A stretch of DNA of 63,454 nucleotides, the filler included, from Collodictyon triciliatum (lineage: Eukaryota): NCBI GenBank assembly GCA_043381765.1. It is 10 parts of 10 records of this genome, joined end to end, with 100 filler letters (N's around TTAATTAATTAA, not from the genome) between each part and the next. Parts side by side here need not be neighbours in the genome. Positions count along the whole stretch, not along the records: positions 1 to 6,829 come from JBHJMP010004214.1; positions 6,930 to 13,760 come from JBHJMP010004215.1; 8 more parts are not named here. One strand, written 5' to 3'. The notes below the pieces were generated by a model that had not been told where the DNA came from, made no database searches, and saw only the letters and a program-made list of their open reading frames with translations. The position numbers were made by a program, and so were the translations under genes. Positions 1 to 12,302 of the stretch are shown one piece after another (position 1 is the stretch's first letter; each line of letters begins with the position of its first letter).

Positions 1-32
1 GCTGAAGCTGCCCATAGTATCGATCAAACTTA

Positions 33-410
33 TCTACCTCAGCTCCAGAAGCTTTCGGGCGTTTTCTGCAGTGCGGAAGGCAATCAGGCAAAGGCCTTCG
101 CTGTCCGGTAAGCTCAGTTGGATGGACTCTTCCCAAAGTTTGTTTGCTTTCAAGAAGGAGGCGAGCGCATCTGTGAACCTGCGAGCCTTGTTCTTGTTGT
201 AAACGACTTGCTCGACCCCGTGCAAAAATACTGTCCGCTCAGACAGACTTGCAGGCGGCTTCCTTGCACGGTTCTTTCTGGACTTCTGTGCAACGCGGGT
301 GTTTTTCGCACCAGCGTTGGAACCAGAAGAATAGGCTGAAACTTGCGAAGCCTTCGACGTTCTCAGCTTGTACCGATCAGATGCAGAAGGTTTTATAAAA
401 TCAGCCGCTG
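33..410 (-). CDS. Exon of an RRM-like RNA-binding protein (partial; runs off the window start)
   Basis: Open frame ...PPASLSERTVFLHGVEQ...EGLCLIAFRTAENARKLLE resembles RNP2 (RTVFL-G) and RNP1 (G-C-I-F) motifs, followed by a GT donor near 37. The 5' exon was not resolved. Confidence 0.45.
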
Positions 411-1473
411 CCGGTCTTCATCTGAACAACGAAGCCCTCTTATTTTAGAGTAGATAACTGAAATGGCGTCAAGTGCGTGTTGATTAAGTGGCATGTGCTA
501 CTTGTGATGTGTGAAATCTTCGTATACGCACTTCGCACAATCCAGAGGATATCCAGTCGGGATGGCAAACGTTCCATAGGAAACTTTTTGTGCGGTGGGC
601 AGTTCCCTGTCTTTTTTTTTTTTTTTTTTTTTTTTTTTTCACTTATAGTTCCGAATTCAAGTTGCCTTGAGTATAATAGATAGAAATTACGATAAAACAA
701 TACATTAGGAATCATCACAAGTAATCTTTTCAAAATCAAGAGTATATTTTCGAATCAATTGATATAAAAATACATGAGTAGTTGTCGTCATCATTCAGTT
801 GGCTATGTATTTCGCCACCCTTCGTACAGAATACATTCTTCTAACTACAGACGATACAATGACGGTTGCCGTGTTATGTCAATTTCTTCCTTTGCATCGA
901 AAAACTATGCATTTATCGCCCTTGTCATTCTCACTCCCTACTTTCATATTTTCCTAGGAAGCTGTGTCGAGATGACATGTCTTTAAGCCACTCGTCGTCT
1001 TTTCAGGCATATTAATTAGCTTGGCATACACAGGATATCCAAAAGGTAGACTTTCACCTGAATTGCTGATAGTGTTTTGGTGCAGCTGAATCAGAGTATG
1101 TGAGTACATAACAGGGTTGCAAAGGTATTGTATTGAGAGGCATAAATGCCACAAACGCTTTCGCTGCATCAGGCGATGATTTCGACCTGTGCTACTCGTT
1201 CCTTGTGCTCTATTTATTCGAAGTAATTTTTTATTTTTCCTTTCAATTTATGTGACATTAAGGAAATTCATTTGATGTATCAATAATTCGCACAGAAGGG
1301 GACAAAAAATACATGCACATTAAAAATAAAGGTACCATTGATTTCTATAATGTTCGCTTGTAACTAGTTATCCAATTTTCCCTCCTATACAACCTCTTTC
1401 TTTTTGACCAGTTTGCATACCCCATGTTTTCATTTTTTGCAGTTTCTTTTTTCATTTTTGCAGTTTTTTGGTT

Positions 1474-1527
<54 letters not shown>

Positions 1528-2402
1528 TTTGACTTTTCATATTATCACAAATTGCCTTAATCACATCAATTAACCATCCTAACGGAACATATTGATACCT
1601 AAGTTTCAAAGTCTACTGGTGCAAGGTGCTGCTTATTATTCCATAGTGCTATTATAATTTTGTACTTGTCCAATAGTTCATATCATTTATTATAAAATCC
1701 AGATTCAGTATATAAATTAAGTATATCTCACATCGCTTACAATGGAAGGCAATGGAATTATGTGGCTATCTTCATCCTAAAGAGGTTATTTCTTCTTGAA
1801 GTAATATTAAAAAGGTTAAAATTTTCGAAAATTGAATGATGTGTGACATCATCATGACGAAAAATCAATGAGTTTGACGTCATAAATCCTCATAGCCTGT
1901 TCGAAAATAGACGAAGTGAACAGTAAGAGTCGTGTCTTGTCGTCACGCAGCCACAAAATAGAACGTTCTAGAAGAACATATCCTACTTTAGGACAGAGCG
2001 AACGGAAAAGGAAGTTGGCAAAATCGTAATGGACTTCGTAATGAATCCAATCCACCCAGGCATTCCATTCCGATTTCCAAAAACCGCAGAACCGCACTAT
2101 TTGCTGCACCTTTCAACTTGTGGCTGCGTTGGAGGGGCAAAAGTACCAATATAAAAATGACGCCCAACACACGGACAGGCACACTCCTGAGAGACGAGCA
2201 GGGCATGGGCGCCTGCCGAGCGACTTGGCCCGTCATGGACTTTTGAGCTTTAAGGGAAAGAACACAAAGCTTGAAGAGAGAAAGTATATCAGTCATCCAA
2301 GACATTTTGCCTCACTACTTCTACTATACTAATACCCCCAACCAGGGCCGATTATTGTATCTGCAAGCGCGTGAATAGAAGACACCGCAGAGTACAAATA
2401 AA

Positions 2403-3140
2403 ATGGAAAGGACGAATCCGGTGCCTAGCAATGAAGAGGCTGCGCAGCTCCTGCAAAGCCTCATTCTCACTAACGCGCTTTTGTCGCACCAACTGCGCCT
2501 TCGTGGTGTTTCTCTGGAGGAAACCCATCCGGCACTCTGCCTGTCCATGTCGATACCGACGCCTCTGTCAGCTCTGGAGTCTATGCCAACACCATCGCTT
2601 ATGCCCTTCCTTTTTGCATCCACTTATCAGTTAGAAAACCTACCTGCTGCAATACTTCCACCTCTGCCTTACATGCACACGCCTGCCTTCTCCGAATTAG
2701 ATCTTCCTCAACCCGCGCTGCCCTCCTTTGACGCTACCACTCTATTCTCTGACTTCTCTGCAGACCACCCAACCCTCACCCTCAAGCCTACCAGTCTCCA
2801 CTGCCTGTCACTCCCGATTCCTGTCAATGTGTCTGCATCAGCTTCACAACCAATTACATCCTCACAGCATCGTCAAGCTTCCACGGTTGATGTTCCCAGA
2901 GATAAGCATATCCGCAAGCAGAAGGACCCCAAAAGAAACAAGAACCGTTCGTACAATGCATTCTTTGTGTATATGCTTTACAAGAGGGAAGAGGCACGCA
3001 AGACCGACCCTTTTATGGGCTACAAAGAGCTGACCAAGCTGCTGGCTGCTGAATGGTCACAACTCCCAGAGTCTGAAAAGTGCAGGTACAAGATCCAAGC
3101 TCGAAAAATGGCTGAGAAAAAGATTGAAGCCCTCGCCTAG
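2403..3140 (+). CDS. Intronless HMG-box transcription factor (Pro/Ser-rich N-terminus, C-terminal HMG box)
   Basis: 245-aa ATG ORF. C-terminal RSYNAFFVYMLYKREEARKTDPFMGYKELTKLLAAEWSQLPESEKCRYKIQA matches the HMG-box pattern (NAF, W, EK..Y). Confidence 0.85.
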   Translation: MERTNPVPSNEEAAQLLQSLILTNALLSHQLRLRGVSLEETHPALCLSMSIPTPLSALESMPTPSLMPFLFASTYQLENLPAAILPPLPYMHTPAFSELDLPQPALPSFDATTLFSDFSADHPTLTLKPTSLHCLSLPIPVNVSASASQPITSSQHRQASTVDVPRDKHIRKQKDPKRNKNRSYNAFFVYMLYKREEARKTDPFMGYKELTKLLAAEWSQLPESEKCRYKIQARKMAEKKIEALA

Positions 3141-4862
3141 GTAGAGTCTGCCCGCCTCTGGCTTTTAACACATTTACTGTTCTTTTAACCTCACTTTCGC
3201 AGTCACCCGACAATTGCATTTCACGGTCTAATGAGAAATAGCTCTAACTACCTCTCCTCCACTTCACCACACGGTGTGCCAATAAATGAAATCCCACAGA
3301 AAAAAAAGTCTTCCTATGAAAGGGGTACGAACAGAGTCGTTGGTGGTCACATAACATATTTGGAATTTATTGCATCAAACCTAATTTGTGCTAATGGGTG
3401 GCTATATGACCTTTATCAATAATATTGTAATAGTAAAAGTTCAAAATAATTCAAAAAAAGCGGCAGCCCCCTCTGATATACCATCGGCAGGCTCTGACCG
3501 GATATTCCACACAAATTACCTATATAAGAACCTCTCCATATAAGGAGACATCTTCGTCTATCAACAAGGGTGGAGTTAGGCTGTGAATCTTGGAGCTAAC
3601 CGCGTGGCGCTTGCGTCTGGAGAAAAAAAAACATGGGAAAAAACATGCCGGCGATGTGGAATAGCACTTTGACAAGATAATCATGACCCCTTGAATAAAG
3701 GATTCGATAACAGAGGGATTCTGACAAAACGCAAGCCATCTCGGGCGACATTGCAGCGAATGGCTTTGGCTTCACACACCTCCCAAAGAGTCTGCCAGAG
3801 ACCCTTCCGTGGAGTGGCTGGTTGACGGCCCACAGTCCGCCCCTCGGTCTCCTCGCCAGGCGCCGGGCGCTGTGTCAATTCGAAAACATTATCCCGTTTT
3901 GTGCACTTTTTATAGAAAGATTTTGCAGTTTTTGGAGCTTAAGGACTGAAAAACAAATCCATATATGTATGTCCTTTGCTATTTGCATCTGAAAGAGGAA
4001 ACATTTTGGAATCAAACGAATGTGTCCCGTTTAATTCTGCTATTTTGTTTGCTTGTGCGGGATGAAAAACGTTTCTGCGCAATAATTCGCATCATTTTGT
4101 TTTCTTGGGTTTGTCGTTGGCGCAGTCATTATTCTCAATCCTTTTTGAAACGTGGGTGCGGCTGGTGTATATAGAGACCAATTAGCACAAGACCATGAAT
4201 GAAATGAAAGGTGTCTGCTTGATTCATTTGCGCACGAGAAACAAAACCTGGGTGCTTGCATCAACAAAAATAGATGGTTCCTCTGTGTGTCCATCACGAC
4301 AGAGAGAACGAAACAAAACAAAAAAAAACAATGGGCGTTCGCTCACAGCTCACATAAACGTCTGGCTCGTTGACATGCTTGGGTGTGCCTGAGGGGCAAA
4401 TGAGTTGCCTTCGTGTTTGTCGTAGTAGTTCCAGACAAGCACAGCCCTTACGCTTGCACATATTTTTTTACTCATTCATTTGATAAGAGCAAATGATCGG
4501 CACACATAAACCTAGAAGGTTGACGTGTGGACGTAAGAGGTTACCCCGTTGAAAAAGAATCAAATAAGTTCAAGTGATTCAATGACTCAACAAAATCCTG
4601 GTTTGCAACGAGTATATGAAAAAAATTATTATTAGTTGACACTGCATCCTACTCCCTACCTCCACTCAGCATCAGCTTGATTCACTTTTTTTTTAGTCTA
4701 CTAGTCGGTCCTAAGCAAACTTGCTTTATCCGCGATTTTCTTGAAGTGATCATAGCCATAGAGCCAATGCTAGACAAGTACTCTTAAAAGTAAATAAAAA
4801 ATACTGATATATTTTTATCAGCATTCGAATCTGGAACTACAATCGGGAACACAAGGAAAAGA

Positions 4863-5876
4863 ATGAGCTTCTCTCATCCCACAGCCGAGGGAAAGGCAAA
4901 CGCCCTGCACATTCCAGACGGACTTCATCAACGCAGCACCGCCGCACTACCTTCATTCCGACAATTGGAGCGGACCCTCCTTGGCCAGAACATACCTCCC
5001 GGTACAATCAACTTGCACTCATACGCACCTACTTCCCATCCGTGGCACCCACAACAAAGGCCTGATGTGGTTTGCAGCAGCTTCTTTCCACGGCCTAATT
5101 ACTTGCCCGCAATTCCTGTGCCACAATACGCACACAATTCATTCTTGAGCCCTCGTCAAATCTTGCACGCTGGCCCTGAGCGATTTTACGCACACTCGCC
5201 TCCTCGAAATACTCAAGAGAATGAACAGCAGGACAATCAAGAACCGATTCAATCCACTGACATTCGAAGGCTCAGCCCCTTGCAACCCTCCCCTCAAATT
5301 GAAAGTCCGAGATTACCTACGTCAAGAGAAACACCGGGGCTAAGTCAAGAGGAGAAACAAGCACCCACACCACAAAGACCATTGCAAGCAGATAGTCTAA
5401 TATCATCATTCGTAATCAAAAAGACGTCAGCTGAAATCCCAGGTCGGGGTTGTGACTCAAATCATTCTCCTCCAAAACGACCCATCCCAAGGGTTGAGGA
5501 TTTGTACCAACACGTGACGCCACTGCTGCCTACAGACTTTGAAATCCCCTTAGACCAGAAATCACTCCCAAACATCGAAGAAAAATCACCCAGCAAGGCA
5601 GAATCACCTGAAAAGACGGGGTCTGTATACGATAAAGGTGTGAAGAAATCATCAAAGACTCAAAAGGAAAAGACCCCTTATAACTCGTTCGTCATATTTA
5701 CGCTAGCCCACCGCAGTAGCATCCGTGCAGCGGCTCCTTTCATGTCAAACAGAGACATTACTAGGCAGCTTGCAGAGGAATGGGGGAGGGTGACTATAGC
5801 CGATAAAAGCCAGTATCGCAATTTGGCAAAAGAACTCACCAAATACCGCAGCCGCATGGAAAAGACCAACGAATGA
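4863..5876 (+). CDS. Intronless HMG-box transcription factor, paralog of 2403..3140
   Basis: 337-aa ATG ORF. C-terminal TPYNSFVIFTLAHRSSIRAAAPFMSNRDITRQLAEEWGRVTIADKSQYRNLA is an HMG box; the N-terminus is low-complexity P/S/Q. Confidence 0.85.
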   Translation: MSFSHPTAEGKANALHIPDGLHQRSTAALPSFRQLERTLLGQNIPPGTINLHSYAPTSHPWHPQQRPDVVCSSFFPRPNYLPAIPVPQYAHNSFLSPRQILHAGPERFYAHSPPRNTQENEQQDNQEPIQSTDIRRLSPLQPSPQIESPRLPTSRETPGLSQEEKQAPTPQRPLQADSLISSFVIKKTSAEIPGRGCDSNHSPPKRPIPRVEDLYQHVTPLLPTDFEIPLDQKSLPNIEEKSPSKAESPEKTGSVYDKGVKKSSKTQKEKTPYNSFVIFTLAHRSSIRAAAPFMSNRDITRQLAEEWGRVTIADKSQYRNLAKELTKYRSRMEKTNE

Positions 5877-6530
5877 TGTTGATTGTATAAATTACCTTCA
5901 AATATGGGGCGTTCTGCATTATTCCTTCGCACAAGTTAAATATCATCCAATCGCCTTTTTTTTTCTTTCTATACAGTAACACCCACAATCATCATTTTTC
6001 TATCTTTTAGTACAACCCCTTCGTATTTACCTTTGGCTTTGCGGATTTGCATGGAAATCGGAAATACATCGACTCGACTTTTGGAAACCATTATAAATGA
6101 ATACAAAGCAAAGACAGTTGCTCTTGGGTGATTGCACGTTTAAAGTAATTCTTGCAGAGAGTGTCAATACATTTTTATTTTGATATTTTTATTGCAAGAT
6201 AAACGCCTTTTTTTTTTTTTTTAATAATGACCCAAATGAGAGAACCATCCCGCAAGGTATGTATCAGCGAAGGTCGCGCACAGGTCTTAAAGCTACAGAG
6301 CCCACACAACACAGGACGTTTACCAAAACTAATGCTCGAAAGAGTCCTTTGCACAGTTAGGACGTGCGTTGCACAATCAAGCCAATCTTCTCAGGTTTGT
6401 TATATGGCAGCACATACAACATATCGCGCACTGACACGGCATCAAAAATAATAAACGTCATGATGCAATTAGATAACAGAGCACGGCGCGAGAGCAGGCG
6501 GCCGGTTTCCTCGTAAAAGCAAAAATACAC

Positions 6531-6603
6531 CATCCGCGACGGGAATCGAACCCGCAATCTCCAGATCCGAAGTCTAACGTGATATCCATTACACTACGCG
6601 GAC
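6531..6603 (-). tRNA. tRNA-Arg (anticodon UCG)
   Basis: Reverse complement GTCCGCGTAGTGTAATGGATATCACGTTAGACTTCGGATCTGGAGATTGCGGGTTCGATTCCCGTCGCGGATG folds as a 73-nt cloverleaf: loop CT-TCG-GA, GGTTCGATTCC B-box, and a T5 Pol III terminator just downstream. Confidence 0.93.
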
Positions 6604-6646
6604 TTCTTGTTGGAGATGAATTATATATAAATATATAGTTATAATT

Positions 6647-6825
6647 TGGCCTGCGTTTTTTTTTTCCTTTATTCGATTCAAAGTGTAGCGAGGTTATACT
6701 ATGCAAGGGGGCGGGATGGGAGCGCATGGGAGAGAGCAAACGCGAGTAGGGGAAGACACTACCGTGGAGAGGGTAGCACTGGAAAGAAGTCAGTGATAGC
6801 GAGTTGGTCAGTGGCCTGCGTTTTT
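6647..6825 (-). mobile_element. 5'-truncated non-LTR retroposon, family A, copy 1 (151-bp insert 6661..6811)
   Basis: Flanked by direct repeats TGGCCTGCGTTTTT (6647..6660 and 6812..6825). On the minus strand it ends CACTTTGAATCGAATAAAGG-poly(A), the same 3' end as the copies at 32844 and 44747. Confidence 0.85.
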
Positions 6826-6829
6826 AGTT

Positions 6830-6929
6830 NNNNNNNNNNNNNNNNNNNNNNNNNNNNNNNNNNNNNNNNNNNNTTAATTAATTAANNNNNNNNNNNNNNN
6901 NNNNNNNNNNNNNNNNNNNNNNNNNNNNN
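6830..6929. other. Artificial contig spacer N44-TTAATTAATTAA-N44 (repeated at 13761, 20691, 27619, 34545, 41471, 48397, 55321, 62245)
   Basis: Identical 100-nt linker with stops in all six frames. Contigs between linkers are 6831, 6830, 6828, 6826, 6826, 6826, 6824 and 6824 bp, i.e. size-sorted. Confidence 0.98.
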
Positions 6930-7014
<85 letters not shown>

Positions 7015-7228
7015 AAAAAAAAAAAAAACAAAAAAAACAAAACAAAAAAAACAAAACAAAAAAACAAAACAAAACAAAACAAAAAACAAAACAAAAAACA
7101 AAACAAAAAACAAAACAAAAAACAAAACATAAAAACAGTTACAATCTAAACTCATATTTTAATTGTATGATTCGAATACGCTTTTCAATCTGATAGAATG
7201 GCAGATTTAATAATGAGAGGAGCCGAAC

Positions 7229-10200
7229 CATTGAACGTTATCCATGATAATCAACACGGGGTCTTGAGAAAGTTGGTGGAATAATCTGATAATCAACTCA
7301 ATTGTGTTTTCTGCTCTTACTTCACCAGTCATATCCACCGTGCTCTGATTAGATATAAATAGCAGTGAATTGCATATCATCACATTATTTTGTATGAAAA
7401 TGAAAAAAGTTAGGATTTTCTCAAATATTTTCAGGTCTTAAAGACAATTACTGGAGTGTCTGGTAAGTCAAGTTTTGGCAGAATGGAATTCAACAAAGGA
7501 GCCAGTTGTTCTAATGTGCGAGAGTATCGATTTGTACCATTTCCAGATGACCTAGATGTGAAGGAATTGTTAAAAAAAAAATAAAAATAAAATGCAACTA
7601 CTTCAAGAGTGATTAAAAAATAATAAAATGAATGATCGTAATGCCATAACAAAATCGCTCAGAACAGGTACTCACTGGTCCAGAATCCTCAGCTTCTCAA
7701 GCACATTGTCTCCATACTGCTGCGAGCTAAGTGACAGCATATCTTTCATGTTCAATAGCTCATGAATAATTGGCCTCCATGGAAAAAGCGGGTTGCTGCG
7801 TTCGATGCGGTCGGCCACACCAGAAAAAACCCGAACAAAAAACTCCTTCGCCAAGATTCTCATTTCAGTCACCAGACATGTCTTTCCCATCCCTGCATCA
7901 CCCGTGAGAAAGACTGCGCCGCCCTCTTGAGATTCAGATACAGTTTTTAGGCGCTTCAAAAGACACGCACGTTCCGATTCACGTCCAACAATATTCATCT
8001 CCATAAAGTCGCTTGGTTCATTTGCATCCATTACTTCGACCGGGCAGCATACAGTAATGGGGTCAGACTTTCCTTTCACCTACAAATATTGTCAAAAACA
8101 GCATCATTTTGTTTGTGCATTTTCAAAAGAAACGGAATGGACGATTTTTCACAAACAGGGCTTTTTCAGTCATATACTCAACAAACATGCTAAAAAAAAC
8201 CTTGATGGGCTTCAACAACCGAAAGCGAATCATTTGGCGACGGACTTCAGCATTTGAGCTCGCTTGATATGTTGGCCTGCCAAGCATATGGGTTGGTTAT
8301 TCAATATATACAAATAAAACGAGCCCATGCATACATGCGCTTAAATAAAATCTAATATATATGCAAATGGTCTTACTCATCGCATAGAACGTAGTTTTTC
8401 AGTAAGCCGAGACCATTTTCCGCAAGTGTTGGTTTTGCAGCAACCATTAGTCTAGCAGCGAGATTGACAACGTCACCAACAACGGCATATTCTCGCCTGT
8501 CATTGCTCCCAACGGCACCACAGAAGGCCTACGAAAAAAAATGCTTTAATTGAATTGAAACCTGCAAGCAGAGCATTTCTCCCACATAAAGGGAAAAATA
8601 AAAATAAAAATAAAAGGCAAACAGATAAGCAGTGCTATTCTTACAGTTCCTGTAGTGATTCCGACGGAACAGGATAAGCGAAGTTTATCTTGCAGACTAG
8701 ATTGAAGTTCCAAGGCAGCCTGTTTGCAGGGCCATTTACATTGTTTATCGACGATGAGTACAGTCATGAATTATAATGGATGACTTAAAATTAACGAGAA
8801 AGAAAGCTGATAAAACATCAAACCAGAATACAGCGAGCAGCCGAGTTTTCTGATGATTCCGGAGGGAGCCCAAAAACGGAAACAAGGACGCTTCCTTTGT
8901 CATCCTACGAAGAAAAAGCCCATCAAATAAGTGAGTTGAAAACCTGTTGTAGAAGCTTTTTATCGATCACAAAACGAATTTTTATTTGGAATGAACAGCA
9001 ACAGGTGTATAATTCACATTTAAAATTGAAATTTGGGTCACCATCATAAACTGGCGTATTGCTCCACCCCACTGTGATATTTTTGTCTGGATGATGACCA
9101 TCACCTTCTGCAATATTAGAAAAACGGACTGCTCGGTCTCCTCCTTATCAATCTTTGGAAGTCTCAAGAAAAGAACGGAAACTTTTCGAATCTAATAGAC
9201 CAGAGAAGTTAATGTCACAATTCTTCTCAATGGAATTTTTTTTTTTATAACTGTAAAGCCAAAATCATTCAAAACTTGATTGAATTGAAAATATCGGCCA
9301 ATCTATTTATATTATGAAATTCCTCTCAAATGATATTATTCCACAAATCGTACCTCAGCCAACCAAAGAGCTTGTCCTGATGATATCCTTGAGTTCACTA
9401 CCGGCATCAAATATGACCGCAGAGCTGATTCCATCACCGGTATTATGGCTGGGATGGACAATAGTCTTGGTGGAAGCGGATTAAGAATCCTGCAAAAAAA
9501 TAGAAAAAATAAATAAAGATGTAGAAAAGAACGTTAAAAAAGAATTCAAACCTTGAATGTTAATGAATGAATTTTATCAACTATATATATTTACTTGTCG
9601 ATTCTATAGCATCCTTCATTCCCAGCCGGGGTTCCGACACAGTTTTCGCTGATATATTGCCACGCTTCTTTCGAAACAACAACTTCGCCAATTTTTGCGT
9701 TTTCTTCTGCAGCGCTTATTTGTACCAGCGCCGGTCCGATGATAAAGAATTCCCATTGACCCTATCGGGTGTATATATATTCATATAACATAGTGGAATA
9801 TTCAAAACTCACAGGTTAATCCAACATATATTTTCAAAGCACTCACATTAATTCCTCCGACATGTACAGCAGTGACTTGGCCGGCACCTATACCAATGTG
9901 AAGCTTCAATTCTCCATCATCACCCGCTTTCCATCCATGAAGCTTCTGCTGCATTTCCATGGCACATTGAACAGCCCAAAGTGTGTTTAAACGAAGCGGC
10001 CCATTCGACCAGGTTGCCAGAAGAGCATCCCCAGCAAACTGTTAGGTTCGTAGCAATTTAATGATGCAGTATAATGAACATTTATAGACGATAAGATACA
10101 AGATGCAAAAGAATTGATGAATAAAACACACACACACAAACATCAAATAAATATCATCAAAATGACAAGATGTTATTTAAGGCAAGCGATTTTACGACAC

Positions 10201-12206
10201 ATTTATGATGCTCACTTTGATAATATCTCCTCCAAAGAATTTCAGAAGAGCTATCAGTTGTTCAAAATAGCGATTCAAGTAGTTTGATAGTTTCTCTGCA
10301 CCTTCTCCTCCTTTTTTGCATAGTCTCTCGGACAATGGTGTAAATCCAGATATGTCTGCAAAAATAACAGACGCTTGATATGACTCCCGGACTGGTTCCT
10401 ATAGAGACGTAAGGAAAACACATAATGAAATAAATGTATTACGCACTTTCTTACTGAACGAGATGAATCTGGAATGACGGTGGTAATAGAGCTTGATGCG
10501 AAATGAAATTAAATCATCGTGGGCAAAAAAAGATTTTCCTTTTCTTATCTTTTCACACCTGCAACTCGGTCGGGTCTGATGCAAATCTTTTTATAATAGA
10601 CGCTGGAAGAAAACTTCCTATGGATCGGAGTTCTGTGGTCGTCTTTAATGACACATCAGCTTTAAGAACACCCTGTGAACTTGCCTTGAGGTGGGGCGAT
10701 GTTATTTCCACAGAGTTTCGCACAGACGAGCCAATACCTTTGAAGTATAAAATTATATGTTTAGTTTTTTTTTTTTTTTTGATGATGAAAAAATGAATAT
10801 TGTAAAATAAATAATATTTGTTGGGTTTAAAATAGAATTTTTTTTTTTTTGTGAAGATGAGATTAAAACGAAATTAATATGACATCTGGCCGTTGTTAAA
10901 CTAACCAGATGATAAATTTGTGTTTGGTGGCTCTTTGGAGGTAATAATGTCGTTAAGAGCGAAAAACTTCAGTAGAGGTGTTGGGAGTAGTGTCCGAGAG
11001 TTAGTAATCGATGGCTCAAATCGCAACGCCTCAACCCAAGCTTGTGCAATACTTTCACTCTCTGAATGCAAAAATATAACCTCACTCTCAAACTCAATGA
11101 GAAAGGTAAATCCTGCGATTGCTGGAATCGCAACTGACTCTGGTAGGTTAGTGCAGACCGAAACAGAGGAAACCTAAAGATGAAGGATTGACAGGTAAAT
11201 GGAATATTTTTAATGAATCACGATAAGGAAATCGAGAAAGTAAAAAGATATAAAAATCAATTAATCGTAATTTTAAGAACCTTCCTTAGGCTAATACTTC
11301 GGGCGGGGTCAGAATCTTTCTTTGAGTTCAAAAAAAGCATGGTTATTCCCTACAGAGAGAAGCATATTGCAATTAGTACACAATTGAATGCTCATATTGC
11401 TTCAGTGGGATTAAATCATGAGGTAGATAATGGAATATCATTCAGATGAAATTATCGTCCTTTTGCCTTCAATTCAAAACGCATCACCTGCAAAACAACA
11501 AAGTACAATCGCCAACCATCTTGCGCATTTGATGATGAAAATGTAAGAAATAGTTCTTCCATGTACCTCTATGTATCGGAATATGCGGTTGTTTCATCAG
11601 GGTATGAAATTTGCAAACAAAATTGCTTCGAGTTATATTATGGCAAGAATCCTTAAATCGAATATTGATAAAAAAATTATAACAAAAATCACAAATATGT
11701 TTTAATTGTTTATCATTAGTTGCTCATTTCATTTTTGAGAGGGTACTCGTTTCATGTAAATAGACTTCAATCATTTTACCATATTCTTGGACAAAGTTCC
11801 AAACATTTTGTTCCGTGTCGAGCGAGAGGATGATGGTTTTGGAATTGATGAGGACATCGCGGATGAAAGAGAGCTGCTTTCAATAACAGGCGTATCGCCC
11901 TGGCCAATACGGCGTGGGGTTATTGAACCAGTAATTGAATTGGACAATGATATTTGTAGCGGACATGTTGATGATAGTGGAGTAGACATCGATGCTGGTG
12001 GCAAAGCTTGCGATACAGTATTCGGAATCGACTGGAGAGAAAAATCAGATTAAACCAAAGGAGACGATGTTGAAAAGAACACAAAATGTGTTGATGGCAA
12101 TAGATCAGCTGGCTACCAAAGCCATTTGTGTAAACGCCTTCATCCATATGTAGCGCTCGTCGTGTGAAATCGCCTTGAGGATAATGAGAGGGGATTAATG
12201 ATTCAA

Positions 12207-12302
<96 letters not shown>

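Noticed and set aside
6874-7155. Poly-F/K/I/L/Y/N and other low-complexity ORFs (also near 12200, 13600, 18400, 20740, 27670, 33560, 39700, 47270, 53550, 55020, 62290)
   Set aside because: Translations of microsatellites or N-runs, mostly intronic or at contig ends.
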